From the human T2T-CHM13v2.0 reference genome, Homo sapiens: a stretch of DNA of 64,000 nt. The DNA lies in the NCBI RefSeq assembly GCF_009914755.1, contig NC_060927.1; one strand, 5' to 3'. Below, piece after piece: positions 1 to 13,700 of this stretch (the first letter of the stretch is position 1; each line of letters starts with the position of its first letter). The translations under genes were made by a program, and so were the position numbers. The notes beneath the pieces were generated by a model. The model worked only from the letters and a program-made list of their open reading frames with translations, was not told the origin of the DNA and made no database searches.

Positions 1-153
1 TGCTTTGATAACACATCCTTTATTGGCTTCTCTTCCTTCCCTGCCTCTCTTCTCCACTCCCCTACTGAGGTTTTCTAGGATCATATCCAAAATAAACCAC
101 TTGTTCTTGAAACCTTGTTTCAGAGTCTGCTCTGGGGGAACCCAAACCAAGAC
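1..153 (+). mobile_element. 3' end of an old ERVL-type LTR (LTR16/LTR33-like)
   Basis: Ends AATAAACCACTTG...TCAGAGTCTGCTCTGGGGGAACCCAAACCAAGAC, resembling the LTR16-family terminus as recalled. Confidence 0.5.
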
Positions 154-939
154 GTCATTCTCTCCAAGGGGAACCAATCTTTTTGGGACTGGCAGTTAAG
201 TTAGATTACTTGCTCTGTCTTTAATATTTGGATCTTGAACAGAATCCCACAAAGACTATCTTTAGGGAGATAGACGCTTTTCAAAGGGTCTGCTTGTTAG
301 TTCCTTCTTTATGGATTCCTGCAGTTCTTTTTGATACTTCTTTTCTGAGCCAGATTTTTGGTTTCTCTTCCATTCTATTAGTTACCTTATATCCCTTCAA
401 TACATTCCTTTTGGGATGAAATAGCTAGAATTTCTTCCTGTGGCTTGCAGTAAAAGAAAACAATGAATTTAAACAACACATTAAACCTCTTTCAGATATA
501 AAGACTGATATAAATGAATGAGTTATAAAATGTATAAGAGCACTAAATGCTATATTTTAATTATTCACGAAATCAAATCCATAGGAGTCACTTTAAAATG
601 TCAATGTTTTCATGTTTCTTTATATTTCATTTGAAATAGTGTCTCTAGCCAGTGAAAATGTCTTTACAGCATTTCAATACAATGCCCATGAACAATTATT
701 GATCTGGAAGGGTAAAATAACTTGGTAGTGGTGGGACGGGTCATTGTGGTTGTTGTTGTTTTATTTTGTTTTGTTTTTATCTGGGGTGGTTACTAAGTTT
801 CCATTATCTAGTGTAGTACTTTTAATTAAACATTTTTAAGATAAAAAAACTTTTTAAGGCATTTCTATGCGAAGAAACCTGGATTGCTATAATAATAGAG
901 AAAATTTGTTTATTTATACAAACCTTACATACCTAACCA

Positions 940-1412
940 TGAGGATTCATACAGCAAAGCTGTTTAAATATGATTTAAAGAAGATCCCCTAATGCCCAAA
1001 TCTATGACAAGTTGAGTAACAAAATTAATAATGAGAATAATGGACTATAACCCCCAAAATAAAAAATATATATTGATGAGTCCATACTGATACCAATCAT
1101 TCAAGAAATAAATAAGAGAATTCAAATTAATAAATATAGAAGAAATAACAGAAATATAAAATCATCATTTGATAACATTACAGTAATAATTACCTCAATC
1201 AAGAATCATTAATAGGTAAGGGTGTGATGAAAAACAGGATATTTACATGGTCTCAATTATCTTGCCACGAGAAATTTACCAAATACAAAGAGGAAAATAA
1301 TGTTAAGTGAAGAAAATTTGAAAGACTGCCTTATCCAAGTGATCTAAGTTAACATCACTAGTAATTAGACAAAATGTCATTATGTGCCTCCTGATTTGAT
1401 GTGTTTAGAAGG
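940..1412 (+). mobile_element. Ancient L1 3' UTR fragment (L1MC4-like), left part; resumes at ~3070
   Basis: Motifs such as CAAGTGATCTAAGTTAACATCACTAGTAAT and TGTGCCTCCTGAT resemble L1MC4; interrupted at 1412 by the MLT2 LTR. Confidence 0.5.
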
Positions 1413-1614
1413 TGTGATGGTTCATTTTATGTGTCAACTTAACAGGGCCATGTAGTGCCCAGATATTTAGCTAAACATTACTTATGGGAATGTCTATGTG
1501 GGTATTTCTTGATGAGGTTAACATTTGAATTAGTAAACTGAATAAAGCAGATTTCCATCTGCAATGTGTGCGGGCCTCTTTCCATTTTTTGGAGGCCTGA
1601 ATGGACTAAAAGTA

Positions 1615-1685
1615 TTCTGTTGGTGCAAAGTAATCATGGTTTTTGCCATTAAAAGTAATGGCAAAATACTTTTGCACCAACCTAA
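1615..1685. mobile_element. MADE1 (Hsmar1-derived MITE)
   Basis: GTTGGTGCAAAGTAAT...TACTTTTGCACCAACCTAA terminal inverted repeats with TA flanks; right arm has a short deletion. Confidence 0.85.
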
Positions 1686-2020
1686 TATAAGTGAGAAAGA
1701 ATGTTTTCTCTCTTCCTGTCTTCAAACTGTGACAGAAGTCTTCTGCTTTTGGGCCTAAATTCAGACTGAATCTTACATCATTGGCTTTCCTGGTTCTCAG
1801 ACCTTCACTGTCAGACTGGAACCAACACTATCAGCTCACTTGCTTCTCAGGCCTTCCTACTCAAACTGGAATGTATGTACCATCAGCTCTTCTGCCGGGA
1901 CTTCTCAGTCCCCATAATCACATCAGCCCATTCCTTATAATAAATCTCTCTCAATCCCTCTCTCTCTGTCTCTCTCTCACACACACATACATTCTCTCTC
2001 TCTATCTCCTACTGGCCCTA

Positions 2021-2373
2021 TGTATTAGTCTGTTTTCATGTTGCTGATAAAGACATACCCAAGACTGGGAAGAAAAAGAGGTTTAATCGGACTTACAAGT
2101 TCCACATGACTGGGGAGGCCTCAGAATCATGATAGGAGGAGAAAGGCACTTCTTACACGGTGGCAGCAAGAGAAAATGAGGAAGATGCAAAAGCAAAAAT
2201 CCTTGATAAAACCATCAATCTCGTAAGACTTATTCACTACCATGAGAACAGTATGGGGGAATTGCCCCATGCTTCAAATTATCTCCCACTGGGTCCCTCC
2301 CACAACACATGGGAATTATGGGAGTATAATTCAAGGTGAGATTTGGGTGGGGACACAGAGCCAAACCATATCA
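2021..2373 (-). mobile_element. THE1 (C/D-like) MaLR solo LTR
   Basis: TGTATTAGTCTGTTTTCA...GCCAAACCATATCA; 5-bp TSD CCCTA/CCCTG. Confidence 0.9.
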
Positions 2374-2405
2374 CCCTGTTTCTTTGGAGAACCCTGGTTA
2401 ACATA

Positions 2406-3065
2406 GATGATTTTGTTATCAGGAGTAATTGGTTCTGGGGCTTCTAGAATTGAGAGTCTAATCTGATTGGATTTAAAGACACTAATGACTCTATCTTCAG
2501 TAGTAAAAAGAGCACTGTTAGTTAGGGTTATCAAGTGGAGATATTTAGGGTACCTTTATGGCCAGATCAAGTATGGCTTGATCTGAAGGAAGTACAAGAA
2601 GGAAGGAGCTGGGTGACTATGTATATAATACTTTTGAACATTTTGGGGAGTCTAATAAATGTAATGACATTAGATGGTTGTTCCTGATGTCAATGGGCAA
2701 AATGATGAAATAAGGATGAGCTCTGGGATTCAAATTCCCACCTCAAGTGCCACATAAATGACCTCAAAACATCTATGTATGCTATGAAGGAGACCCTTAT
2801 CTCCTATAATACAAGGCTGAGATTGCTGAAAATTAAATGCAGAGTATCCCATTCTGTGACTAACTGAAATATATTGCAAGTTGAACTCCCAGCCTCACAA
2901 GGTATCTACTATTAAAATGAGGATATCGATCAGGAAATAAGTTGGATCCTGTAAGTTAAAGTGGGTACATGTGGGAAGACTCTGATAATGCTGGTGATAG
3001 TGAGCCCCTAAATTCTGATGAAGCTTATTTTCCAATAGAAGAGCCCTCCTCACACCCAGTGGAAG
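2406..3065 (+). mobile_element. ERVL internal 5' (leader/gag) relic following the MLT2 LTR
   Basis: GATTTTGTTATCAGGAGT...AATCTGATTGGATTTAAAGACACTAATGACTCTATC resembles the HERV-L internal start; no open ORF. Confidence 0.6.
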
Positions 3066-3069
3066 CAGC

Positions 3070-3480
3070 ATTACATCAGGTGTATGGAATTTTGCCAACA
3101 AGGCATAATCTGAATTAAATCTTAACACTCTTCAGAAGTGTCAAGACCATGAAAGACAAAGGCTAAGGAACTTTCACAGATGGAAGGAAATCAAGAAGAT
3201 ATGTCAATTAAATGCAATGTGGGATCCTGGATTGGAATCTAGGCCAGAAAAAGGATATTAGTGGGATACATGGTATAATTTAAATAGAGACCATAAATAA
3301 GTTAATATTATTGTATAGTGCTAACTTCCTGATTCTGATCATTTTACTGTGGTTTTTTGAGATGAAACATTTGGGGGAACTGGGTGAAGGATATGCAGGA
3401 ATTATTTGTACTATTTTTGAAACTGTTTACCAAGTCTTCATTTCAAAATGAAAAGTTCAAAAATGAAAAAATAAATTCAA
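3070..3480 (+). mobile_element. Ancient L1 3' end (L1MC4-like), right part
   Basis: AAATGCAATGTGGGATCCTGGATTGGA...GGGAACTGGGTGAAGGATATGCAGGAA then A-rich tail. Confidence 0.55.
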
Positions 3481-3665
3481 AACATTACTTAAAGTAAATC
3501 ATATAAACTTGCATTAAAATACAACGCAAAATGACTACTTATTCAATGCATAAATGTCTGGAATTCAGAATAAAGAACTGATTAATGAAGAGAATGGGAG
3601 TATTAAGAAAAATGTAACTGGAACCAAGTGAAGGATTTTGACATGAGTTATTTTGTTTCTATATA

Positions 3666-3735
3666 AATTTCTGATTAATAATTAGAAATTAATAATTTCT
3701 GATTAATAATTAGAAATTAATAATTTATGATTAAT
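3666..3735. repeat. AT-rich 28-bp tandem repeat (~2.5 copies) with a quasi-palindromic unit
   Basis: AATTTCTGATTAATAATTAGAAATTAAT at 3666 and 3694, partial copy at 3722. Confidence 0.85.
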
Positions 3736-4107
3736 TTCTGATAATAAATTATAAATATGTATTTATCTATAGATAAATATAGATATTCTATTTCTTCTAA
3801 TAAATATGCATCTTTCTGCAAATTAAAAATAGAAATTTCTCTCTATCTTTATAAGTAGAAAAGGATGGATACAGGGAGGGAATTATGCATAAGTCAGAAA
3901 GGTCTGTGGGAAAAAAATTAAAATTGTACTCCAGAGAAAAGAATAAGTCAGCCTAGTGGTTATACAATAATTAAATGGAAAGAAGATATAATAGTATGCC
4001 ATAAGATAACCATAATAGTGATATAGTATAGCAGCAAAAATTTGAGCATTTACTATGTGCCAACTTCTACTAATTAAGAACTTTATGTATTAATTCATAT
4101 AATCTTC

Positions 4108-4847
4108 ATGTTATTGAGCAAATGGGCTTGCTATCTGATGTACACAGAAGCCAATACCATGGCACCAGCTTTTGAGAAAAGAAAGGTTTTACTGCAAATC
4201 AGCCAGCAAGGAGTTGGGCTCAAATCTGTCTCCCTGATTTGGAATCTAATGAAAGTTTTTCAGCCTGAGCAACATGACAAAACAGCATCTCAACAAAAAA
4301 ATACAAAAATTAGCTGGACGTAGTGGTGCTACTTGGGGGACTGAGGCAGGAGGATCATTAGATCCCAGGAGGTCTAGGCTGCAGTGAGCCATGATTGTGC
4401 CACTCCACTCCAACCTGAGTGACAGAACAAGACCCCATCTTAAATAAATAAATAAATAAGAAAAAAAGAAAAAAGAAAGTTACAAGGGATCAGAGGGCAA
4501 AGAAAAGGATTTAGGAATGTTGACTTGGCATGGGTCTGATTGGACAGTTTCAAATTTGACCATTTATGGTAAGGTGTATTGAGGCAGATTTTAGCCCCAG
4601 CTCTTCAGGGCCAAGAGACCCTTTGCTTTTGAAAGAGTCCTAGTGTTCAGGTTCCAGTCATGTCTCAGTCTTTTTGGTTTCCAGGGAAGGAATCATTGGT
4701 TCAAGATGTTGTTAGAAGTCAAAGCTTTTTTTAATTATGTCTTCCTGGACTACATGACTTGTAGTTTTCCTCTGCTATACCTACAAGGTAACTCGACATT
4801 TTGTTATCAACAGAGTAGGCCCAGTTTGGGCTGGTCCCCCTGTTACA
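4108..4847. mobile_element. LTR (MER54/MER88/LTR53-like) inserted in a MIR, containing an Alu fragment at ~4261-4475
   Basis: TGTTA...TGTTACA ends; GAAGCCAATACCATGGCACCAGCTTTTGAGAAAAGAAA motif; MIR halves on both sides. Confidence 0.55.
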
Positions 4848-6191
4848 CATAAAAGATGAGGTGGGTCATTATTCCCATTTTACAGGTCATAATAAGATAT
4901 AAAGGAAAAGGGATTTGAATGCAAGCACTTTGGCAAAGAGGTGAAGCTTCTAACCACTAGTCTATAGTACCACCTTGAATTTGCAAGAAAGGATAAAACC
5001 AACTAGTTTTCTTTTCTCCTGAGAGATGAAGTTTCTAATTTACAATACTATTATGTGTTAATATAATTAATACCCATAAATAGGATATTTGTGTCACCGG
5101 AATGTGATGAACTAGGGAAGGTGAGGCTCTCAGGGAGGAATTGGAGGAAGGGAAGGGGGTGGTGAGAAGGAGCCGACCCTGGGATGCAGAAGCCACAACC
5201 CTCACCCTGCCACTGGTTGCAGCTCCCCCAGAGGCAAGGGCTCTCAAGGGGACTGGAGTGAACTACTCCTGCCACACAGATGCTGTCTTGTCCCCAAGAT
5301 GGTCCCTACATGTGGCATGATTAGAAAATAGTCTTTCAGGTAGAATTTGATCTGAACTGGCATTGGTCCTAAATTAGCACCTGGGAGGAGGGTCAGCAGA
5401 GAATGGTAGATAAATGCTCCTAAGTGTGCATTTAAATTTTAAAAACAGCTTCAATTAGTATATTCTGCGTTCAGAAAATGTGGACACCAACATTCACTAC
5501 TCACTGAAGTTAATTGAGCAAGAAAAATAACATGAAAGCATTTGAGAAATATTGGTTCTGGGAACAGAATTTGCAAATGAATTTAGGGTAGGGTCAACTG
5601 GAAAGCATACAGAAGCCAGGGAGGTAATGGATTATAACTGAGTAAAACAGGCAAAGCTGTTTCTTTTGAAGAGGCTTTGTTTCCTAATTAAGCACACAGA
5701 ATATTCTTTACTTCTACAAAGAAATACACTTTCTCCAATTTTGTTTTTAAACCCATAGGCTATCTTTTCTTTTCCTGGCTTTGTTGGAGAGTTACACACA
5801 GAGAAATAGTTCTTGCCTGCAGGACTTTCAGTGATGAAAGCACAATCACAAATGAGGACTGATAAGCCCTAATAATGAGGGTGACAAGGACTACTAGGTG
5901 GAGAAGTGAAGCTGGAACATGCACGCCCATTCATGAGCACAGGCTCTGTGTGCCTGCAACTGGGTTCTTACCACGCAGAATGTGGGCCAGTGTTGTCTGC
6001 CCTGTCGATTGTTCAAGACAGGCTAAAAGTCCACATTTTATATGAAATACCTTGAAATTCTGATGTTGACTTAAAACTTTTCAAACTATGTGCTGACCTC
6101 CTTCTCAAAATACTTTCGTCTCTTTCTCTATGATACTCCCCTGAATGTCCTCCTTCTTTACCGTATCCTCCTCTTCTGATCATCATTTAAA

Positions 6192-6411
6192 TAGGGGTGT
6201 CCAATCTTTTGGCTTCCCTGGGCCACACTGCAAGAAAGGTAACTGTCTTGGGCCACACATAAAATACACTAACACTAATGATAGCTAATGAGCTAAAAAA
6301 AAAAAAAAAAATCTCATAATGGTTTAAGAAAGTTTACAAATTTGTGTTGGGCCACATTCAAAGCCATCCTGGGCTGCCTTTAGCCCACAGGCCATGGGTT
6401 GGACAAGTTTG
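6192..6411 (+). mobile_element. MER30 (hAT-Charlie MITE)
   Basis: GGGGTGTCCAATCTTTTGGCTTCCCTGGGCCACA...GGGTTGGACAAGTTTG with internal A-run. Confidence 0.9.
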
Positions 6412-6833
6412 ATCTAAAACAAAGGTGCCCAAATCCTCTTTTCTGCTCTATTTACATTCCCTACCTGGGCAACCTCACTTGATCCCATGGCGTTAAGCCT
6501 ATTTCCAGCCCTTATTTCTGCCCCTGACTCCAGACTGTCAACTAGACATCTCCAAAAGGAGGTCTAATGGGAATCTCAAATTAACATACCCAGAGGAAAC
6601 TCAGATTCCTCCCTGAACCACTCATACCTTCTCTTCTCCATTTCAGGAAATGGAACTACCATCCGCCAAGATATTCAAGAGAGAAAAAAATACATTTTCT
6701 GCATAAATGGTGAAATCTTTTGTTTCCTTCCCACTCCTTAGTAGACCCTTTCAACCCCTTTCCCACCTTTTTCACCTGGAAAATTTCTACTCATCCTTCA
6801 CAAATCAATTTGAGCATCATCGCTGCCTCCAGG

Positions 6834-7476
6834 CAAGGTGGCCACATAATTTGGGTGGCCCAGTGCAAAATAAAAAACGAAAATCTCACAGGTGGAATTC
6901 AACATATCCCTTCCACAGGAGGTCATCCCAATCCAAAATATTTAGACTTTGCACAGGGAAACACTTGGCATCTGATTTGGGAACAGGCGAGAAGTCCCTG
7001 CTGATCCAAACACGGCTGTTGCTCTGCCAGCCAAGGCAGAAACAACTGCTGCCTTGCGTTGCCCCGGACACTGTGGCGCACAAACCTGAGCTTGACCCTC
7101 CATGCTTCTACACTGTGGCCCCTGCTGGGGAAAAAGAGTGATGGCCAAACCTGACCTTGAACCTCCATGCTTCTATGCTGTGGCCTCTGCTGGGAAAAAG
7201 GAGGATGATGGCCTCCTCCTGCCCTAGAGTTCTAGCAGGCTGTAAATGGGCCAGGGAGGAGGGAGGCAGCCAAAAGTGAATAGCACAAGATGAGCAGAGG
7301 CTTCAAGTGCCCATCATGTGCTCCATTGTCCCATTGGACTTCATTTACAAAACACAAATTCAAAGATGAAACTAAAAATTTCAAAAGGGGGCCACAGAGC
7401 ATTAAGCCCCAAGCACTAACAATTCTGAGGGTAAGGCCCTAAGCTACCTGATTGCATGCCTCTGTAGTTGGTCCTG
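6834..7476 (+). mobile_element. MER45-family hAT-Tip100 element with an internal ~65-bp tandem duplication (7081-7212)
   Basis: ACATAATTTGGGTGGCCCAGTGCAAAAT start; 8-bp TSD CCTCCAGG (6826-6833) / CCTCCAGA (7477-7484). Confidence 0.75.
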
Positions 7477-7993
7477 CCTCCAGAAAATTTTCCCTGACCA
7501 GGCCCCTCAAACCAAGCTAGCTGCCCCTTTCTGTTCTTCCTATTTAACCCATGCTTGCCTTTGTCGCTGCACTTAGTACATTATATTAATATTATCTATT
7601 TATGTGTATGTTTCACAAAATATTTTATAACTTCATAAGGTCAAGGAATTCGGTTAAATCTTTTTTCTCCAATTTCTAAATCTTAATACTATATTAAAAT
7701 TGCTTCTTCATATGTCTTTGATAAGTGTTAAATATGCTGACTGAGCTGGATGCATTTTATGTGCCAAGCCAGATCTGCTTGGCCCCACCAATACCATCAC
7801 CCCCATCAATGTCACCCTTGCTTCCCCGCCAGAGCAGCCTCAGCAATAGATCACACCTCACCCATGGCTATTACATCCAAACTTCTGTGGCACTGCCACC
7901 ACCAACTGAGGAGTTCCCGTGCACAGCTCCAAATGACAAAGGGAGATCTTCATAATCTGCCAGAGGGGACCCAGAGAGGCTCCAGCTTCCTCA

Positions 7994-8668
<675 letters not shown>

Positions 8669-9844
8669 TCAGCAGATACATTGTCTATTATTTCTTCCCC
8701 TAACGGACTGCTCTGAGATGCGATGGTTTTATTTGACCTCTCTGGAAATGTCTTAAAAGACGGGACAACCAGCTATTTTGTTCTGAAGGCATGGTTACCT
8801 TGGTATTATAATACTCTACCTTGTATTTTCCTACCCTCTTTCTTTACTGCACTCTTTTCCCCCTTACTCTTGCTTCCCTAGGGTTGTACCTCCATAAAAC
8901 AGTAGCACAAAAGCTATCCCCTTCTGCTGTCTACTCCAAGAAACCAACGCTGAGAAAACTGGTTCCAGAGTGGGATAGTTAGTAATAACAACGGGCAAGC
9001 TGTGACATTAGAATTACTAAAGCTCTTATTTGTGGCTAATTGGGATAAGGTGGGGGTTTAAGGTAAGTCTTTGAATATTAAGTTGTCGCTGCAATTTACC
9101 AATATAAGGATGATGATAATTATAGGACTTTGGCAGTGGTTAGATACTTATGATGACATTGAAATCCTTGATAGGTAGTATGAGGCAGCTAATTGCTATT
9201 TTAAGGCATTCTGTGACCATGTTTGATCTATGGCAGGTGGTGGGACCAGATCATAAATGTATCAAACAAGAACCAGAGAAACACCTGTATGGGTAAATCT
9301 TGAGGGTGTTAGACCAGGGAAGTAGAATTAAGGCTGAAGAGGAAAATATTTATTAGAGTGTATAACTCAACCATAATTTCGAATTTCATGTCTAACAAGG
9401 ACACCAGTCCTAGCAGTTTGCTGAGATGACTCCTCGAAGCCTGGATTCACAATGTAAATTAAATTGAGTGAAAATGTAAAGTAAATTGAGTTAAAATGTT
9501 GGAACCTCTTTGGCAGAGTAATTGAGAAAGGGGTCAGAGGCTCAAGAAAGGGGGACTATTAGAATAAAGACACTGAATCCCCCAGCTGTTTATATTTTCC
9601 AGGAGGGCCTGAGTACCAGCATCACTGAGAACCCACAGTTGGTTGTCCTGTCAGGCCAGGGTTGACTCTAATAGCAATGGGGATATGGGGAGTTGATCAA
9701 GGCAGAGCCCAGGTGGATGTAATGACCATAATGAGCAGCATGGCCAGAGGGGCAGTGAAGGTGCCTTGTCCCAAAGTGATGTTTTATTATAGCTAAGAAA
9801 TGATGATTTTCCCAAAGATGACACAGACAAGCAGCCATCTACAG

Positions 9845-10031
9845 CAGTGGTTATCAAAGTGTGGACCTGAGATCAGCAGCATTAGCACCATCTGGGAACT
9901 TGTTTGAAATGAAAATTCTTGAGCCTCATCTCAGCTACTGATGCAGAAATTCTGGGGATGTGGCCCAGCAATCTGTGTTTTAACTAGCTCTCTAGGTGGT
10001 TGAGATGCACACTAAAGTTTAAGAATCATTG
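9845..10031. mobile_element. MER5A DNA transposon inside the ERV
   Basis: CAGTGGTTATCAAAGTGTGG...AAAGTTTAAGAATCATTG terminal inverted repeats. Confidence 0.85.
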
Positions 10032-10702
10032 AACCAGCGTTTTGATTTGTACAATCAGAAATAATAGAGAACTGATGAACATAGGATGATGCTGGACAGT
10101 ATAATGGACAGTTGCAATTTCTAGTTACTAGATCTAAGTCAGCTCACAGATCTAGAACCCAGTGATTGAAAGGAAAGCTTGTTCCTCACAATGTCACACA
10201 AGCATGACATTTATTTCTTTAATCCTTGCCCAAATTTGCCAAAATATGTACTGGACAGACAAAAAGTCTAGGTATTCTCACAGTTGGCACCAATACCAGG
10301 GGACACAAAACACCACCACCATTGTCTTGTAGTTGGAAATGGAGTATTATCAGTATCAGATTATAAATGGGATTTGGGCTCAAGTCCATCTTACAATGGG
10401 TCCAATAGATATAAGGACCCATTCTGTTACTTCTCTAGTCTCTGAATGTCTAATGGGATAGATATACTTAGAAGTTGGCCCTTAGTTTCCTGACCTGAGT
10501 TAAGGGACTTTATGATAGAAAGGAGCAGTGTTAGCCCCCCCTCCAGGCCAAGATAGTTAATCAGAAGCAATATCTCCTCCCAAGATGAACTGCAGAAATT
10601 AGTACCAACAAAGACTTAAAGGATTCATGGATGGCAATTCCCATTGTATCCCTAGTCATTTCATCTATCTGGTCTCTGCAAACATACACACAAATACACA
10701 AA

Positions 10703-10739
10703 GATAGATGATAGATGATAGATAGATAGATAGATATAG

Positions 10740-10790
<51 letters not shown>
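10703..10790. repeat. (GATA)n tetranucleotide STR
   Basis: Interrupted run of AGAT units. Confidence 0.95.
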
Positions 10791-13700
10791 TGGTGGGTGC
10801 TAGTGGGCTACTGCAAATTCAACCAGGTGGTATCCACAATTGCAGCTTCTGTGCTAGATATAATTTTTCTTTTTAAGAGTATACCAGTCTAACCTCTGGC
10901 ACTTAGTTTGTGTCTATTATTTTGCTGTATGCTTTATTCCTGACTTTCATCAGTAGGGAAAATCAAAAGCAGCTCACCTTTACATTTGTAAGGACAGCAG
11001 TAAATCTTCACGGCCTTGCCCTGGGTCTGTGTTAATTCTACTGTCTATAATGGTATGTTTTGTAATGATCTCTATCATCTTCATATGTCACAGCACATTA
11101 TGCTAGTCTTCTATATTGATTGACATTTTTCTAATTGGACCTAATAAAGAGAATAGATCAATCAACTTGAATGTCCTGATAAGATACAGACATATCACAA
11201 GTTAGACCATAAGTACCTAATGATTAAGGGGCCTGCAACACCAGTGAGATTTTTAGGGACCCAGAGATCTAGAGCATGCAGGGACATATCCTGTGAGGTA
11301 AAACCTGAGAGCATGACTATGGTCCACCATGTAACTGCAGTTGGAGCTACCCATCATGAGCATGGTCTTAATAGAAACGCCCAGAAAAAGGTTGAGAAGC
11401 ACAGGAGCAAACTATTATATGAAGAAAATGGTACTTTTAAGAAAAGACTCAAGTAGTCCAGAAGACACACACAAAAAATGTGATTTGTTTGCCCAGACCT
11501 TCAGATCACCTACCTGTTTGGCTCTGGTGTCACTCCCTCAACTCATACTTATGGCCTCATGGGAAATCCTCTATAACCAACTGATGGAGAAGGGAAGACC
11601 TTGAGTCAATTCAAAGAGAGTGTGGTATGATATGTTGAGGTTCTCCAGAAAGGGACCACTACCTCCATACAGTTCCTCTCCGGAGTGACCCTAAAGAATA
11701 AGCACAGCCACAAGGAGGCTCTTGACAATCAGGTAGATAGGATGACCTATTTTCTGAATATCAGCCAGCCCCCTCCTTTGGTCAATCCAATGCTTGCATG
11801 ATGATGGGCTCATAAACAAAGTGGCCATAGTATCAGGCTCAGATCCTATGTATGGATTGGAAAAGCAAGGGCTCTGGGAACCAAAAGGTGGAACTAGGAC
11901 CACCCTTCTCACAATTATTCCAAATGAAGCATTCAAAATGTGTACTTTCTGTTCCTACGATCTTATATCTGCTGTGTTAGTGATCCTCATTCCCAGGCAG
12001 TATTGCTTCTTAGAGGACACATTGTGTTCCACTGAACTGGAAATTGCAACTATGTTGATCCATGCCAGTAGATAAGCAAGAAAAGAATTACTGTACTTAC
12101 TAGTTTAACAAACCCTGATTGCTATGAGAGGTTGGGGTTGTTGCTACCACAATGGGGGCAGAGAGGAGTACATCTGGAGTGCAGCACTCACTGAGGCACC
12201 TCGTGGCGACTCTGTGACCAGTGAAACTTGTAAATGGGCACCTGCAGCAACTATTATGTGACAGAGGAAAACAACTGACGGTTGACATCCATTAGGGATT
12301 AAGCAGCTGACTACTGACTGAAGATGTGGGAAATAAGAATAGGTGAGAGACAACAGAGATGGTGAGTATCAGCTATGACCCTGAACCAGCTGCAGCAGTG
12401 GAGTGCAGCTTGATTTGCCCATCTTTAAATGTTGTTTAGGGGATTGAAACTGACCACGATCTGGAAGGACTGGCCTTGCCCCTCCCTTCTTGAGGAAATA
12501 GTGAAAAATATCTTGTTCTCGTACAACATTTGGTATATACTAATATGCAAGAAAATAGAATTAGTGCAAGAGATGCAGCATATCAGACCCAGGTTATGTA
12601 TCACACCAGCTCCTCTCATCCCTACCCACCCCATCCCACTCAAAGTCAACCGTTTGCATTGTTTCAGCTACTCAGCTACTCGCACAGTGGTTAAGTCCCA
12701 GCTACTGTTGCTGCTGCCACTGTCACTGACACCATACACTGAGGAGTCCCCACATGCAGCCCCAGCTGGCATGGAGAGACTAGTGCACTGCACCCCAGGG
12801 TTCTGGCTCCCCAGTGGATGCCTGGAGGGATTGTGTAACACAACCTGGAAATACAGGAAGTGAGTGCCTTTTAGGGTAGACTTCACCACTAAAAGAAAGT
12901 AGATAGGAAAGATATCAGAAGATCTCTCATCCTTCCCTACAGCGAACTTCTCTCAGAGGCAGTCTTTTCGTATGGCTACTCTGGAGACATCCTGTAAATC
13001 CAGTTATCTAGCTGGTTTTGTTGTAAAGCTATGGTCAGCTCAGTAACTCATCCCTTTGTATTTCCTCTCCTGTCTCTGCCTCAATTCTCTATTACTGTCA
13101 TTCTTGCTTCTTTGGGAATGCACTCCCACCCCCCAGTGAAATAGGTACTTCAGTCAAAAGAAAAAGTGGATAATTCATGTATGTCATATATACAGCAACA
13201 AAACTTTCTCTCTTATATTTTCAACTACCATAGGTGATATGTTTCTAATTGTTCGGACATTTAGAACAAAACCAATATATTTTATCTCAGCACCTCTACC
13301 AGGTGCTAAGTCTGATAATAAAGATAAGTCCTTATTATCATAACACTAACACCCAGCTGAGTACCTAGCCCAGACTAGATGTTAACTATATGTTTATTAA
13401 ACTCTTCAGAAAAGGCAATGGTGTGTAGGGGAAAGAGGACTAACGTAGGAGTTGGAATAACCTTGCTCAGCTACTTCTTATCCCTCATGACCTTGGGCAA
13501 ATCACAAGTTCAATGAGACTCATTTCTGGAATCTATGAAGTGGGGGTAACATCATCTCCTCACAAAATTGTCATAAGGTCTAGATGAGATGCACTATGTA
13601 CAAAAGTCTCTTTATATTACAGAATCCTATACAAATATCAGTTACTCTTACACATGGCAAATGACTAGTCACTAAATTAAAAGCGAGAGGAAAAAAATGG

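Larger units (their letters stand above)
1413..2405 (+). mobile_element. MLT2-family (ERVL) LTR interrupted by MADE1 and THE1
   Basis: Starts TGTGATGGTTCATTTTATGTGTCAACTT; has the (CT)n/(CA)n tract; ends TTTGGAGAACCCTGGTTAACATA. Confidence 0.8.

Noticed and set aside
6707-7168. Several overlapping 65-144 aa ORFs
   Set aside because: They lie mostly within a non-autonomous MER45 element and show no recognisable domain.
7081-7212. Direct repeat pair resembling an array
   Set aside because: Only two ~65-bp copies with no spacer, internal to MER45; eukaryotic DNA, not CRISPR.
12429-12863. 144-aa ORF at the 3' end of the ERV (possible env or co-opted gene)
   Set aside because: It runs into the 3' LTR, has no env motifs and starts at a chance Met.
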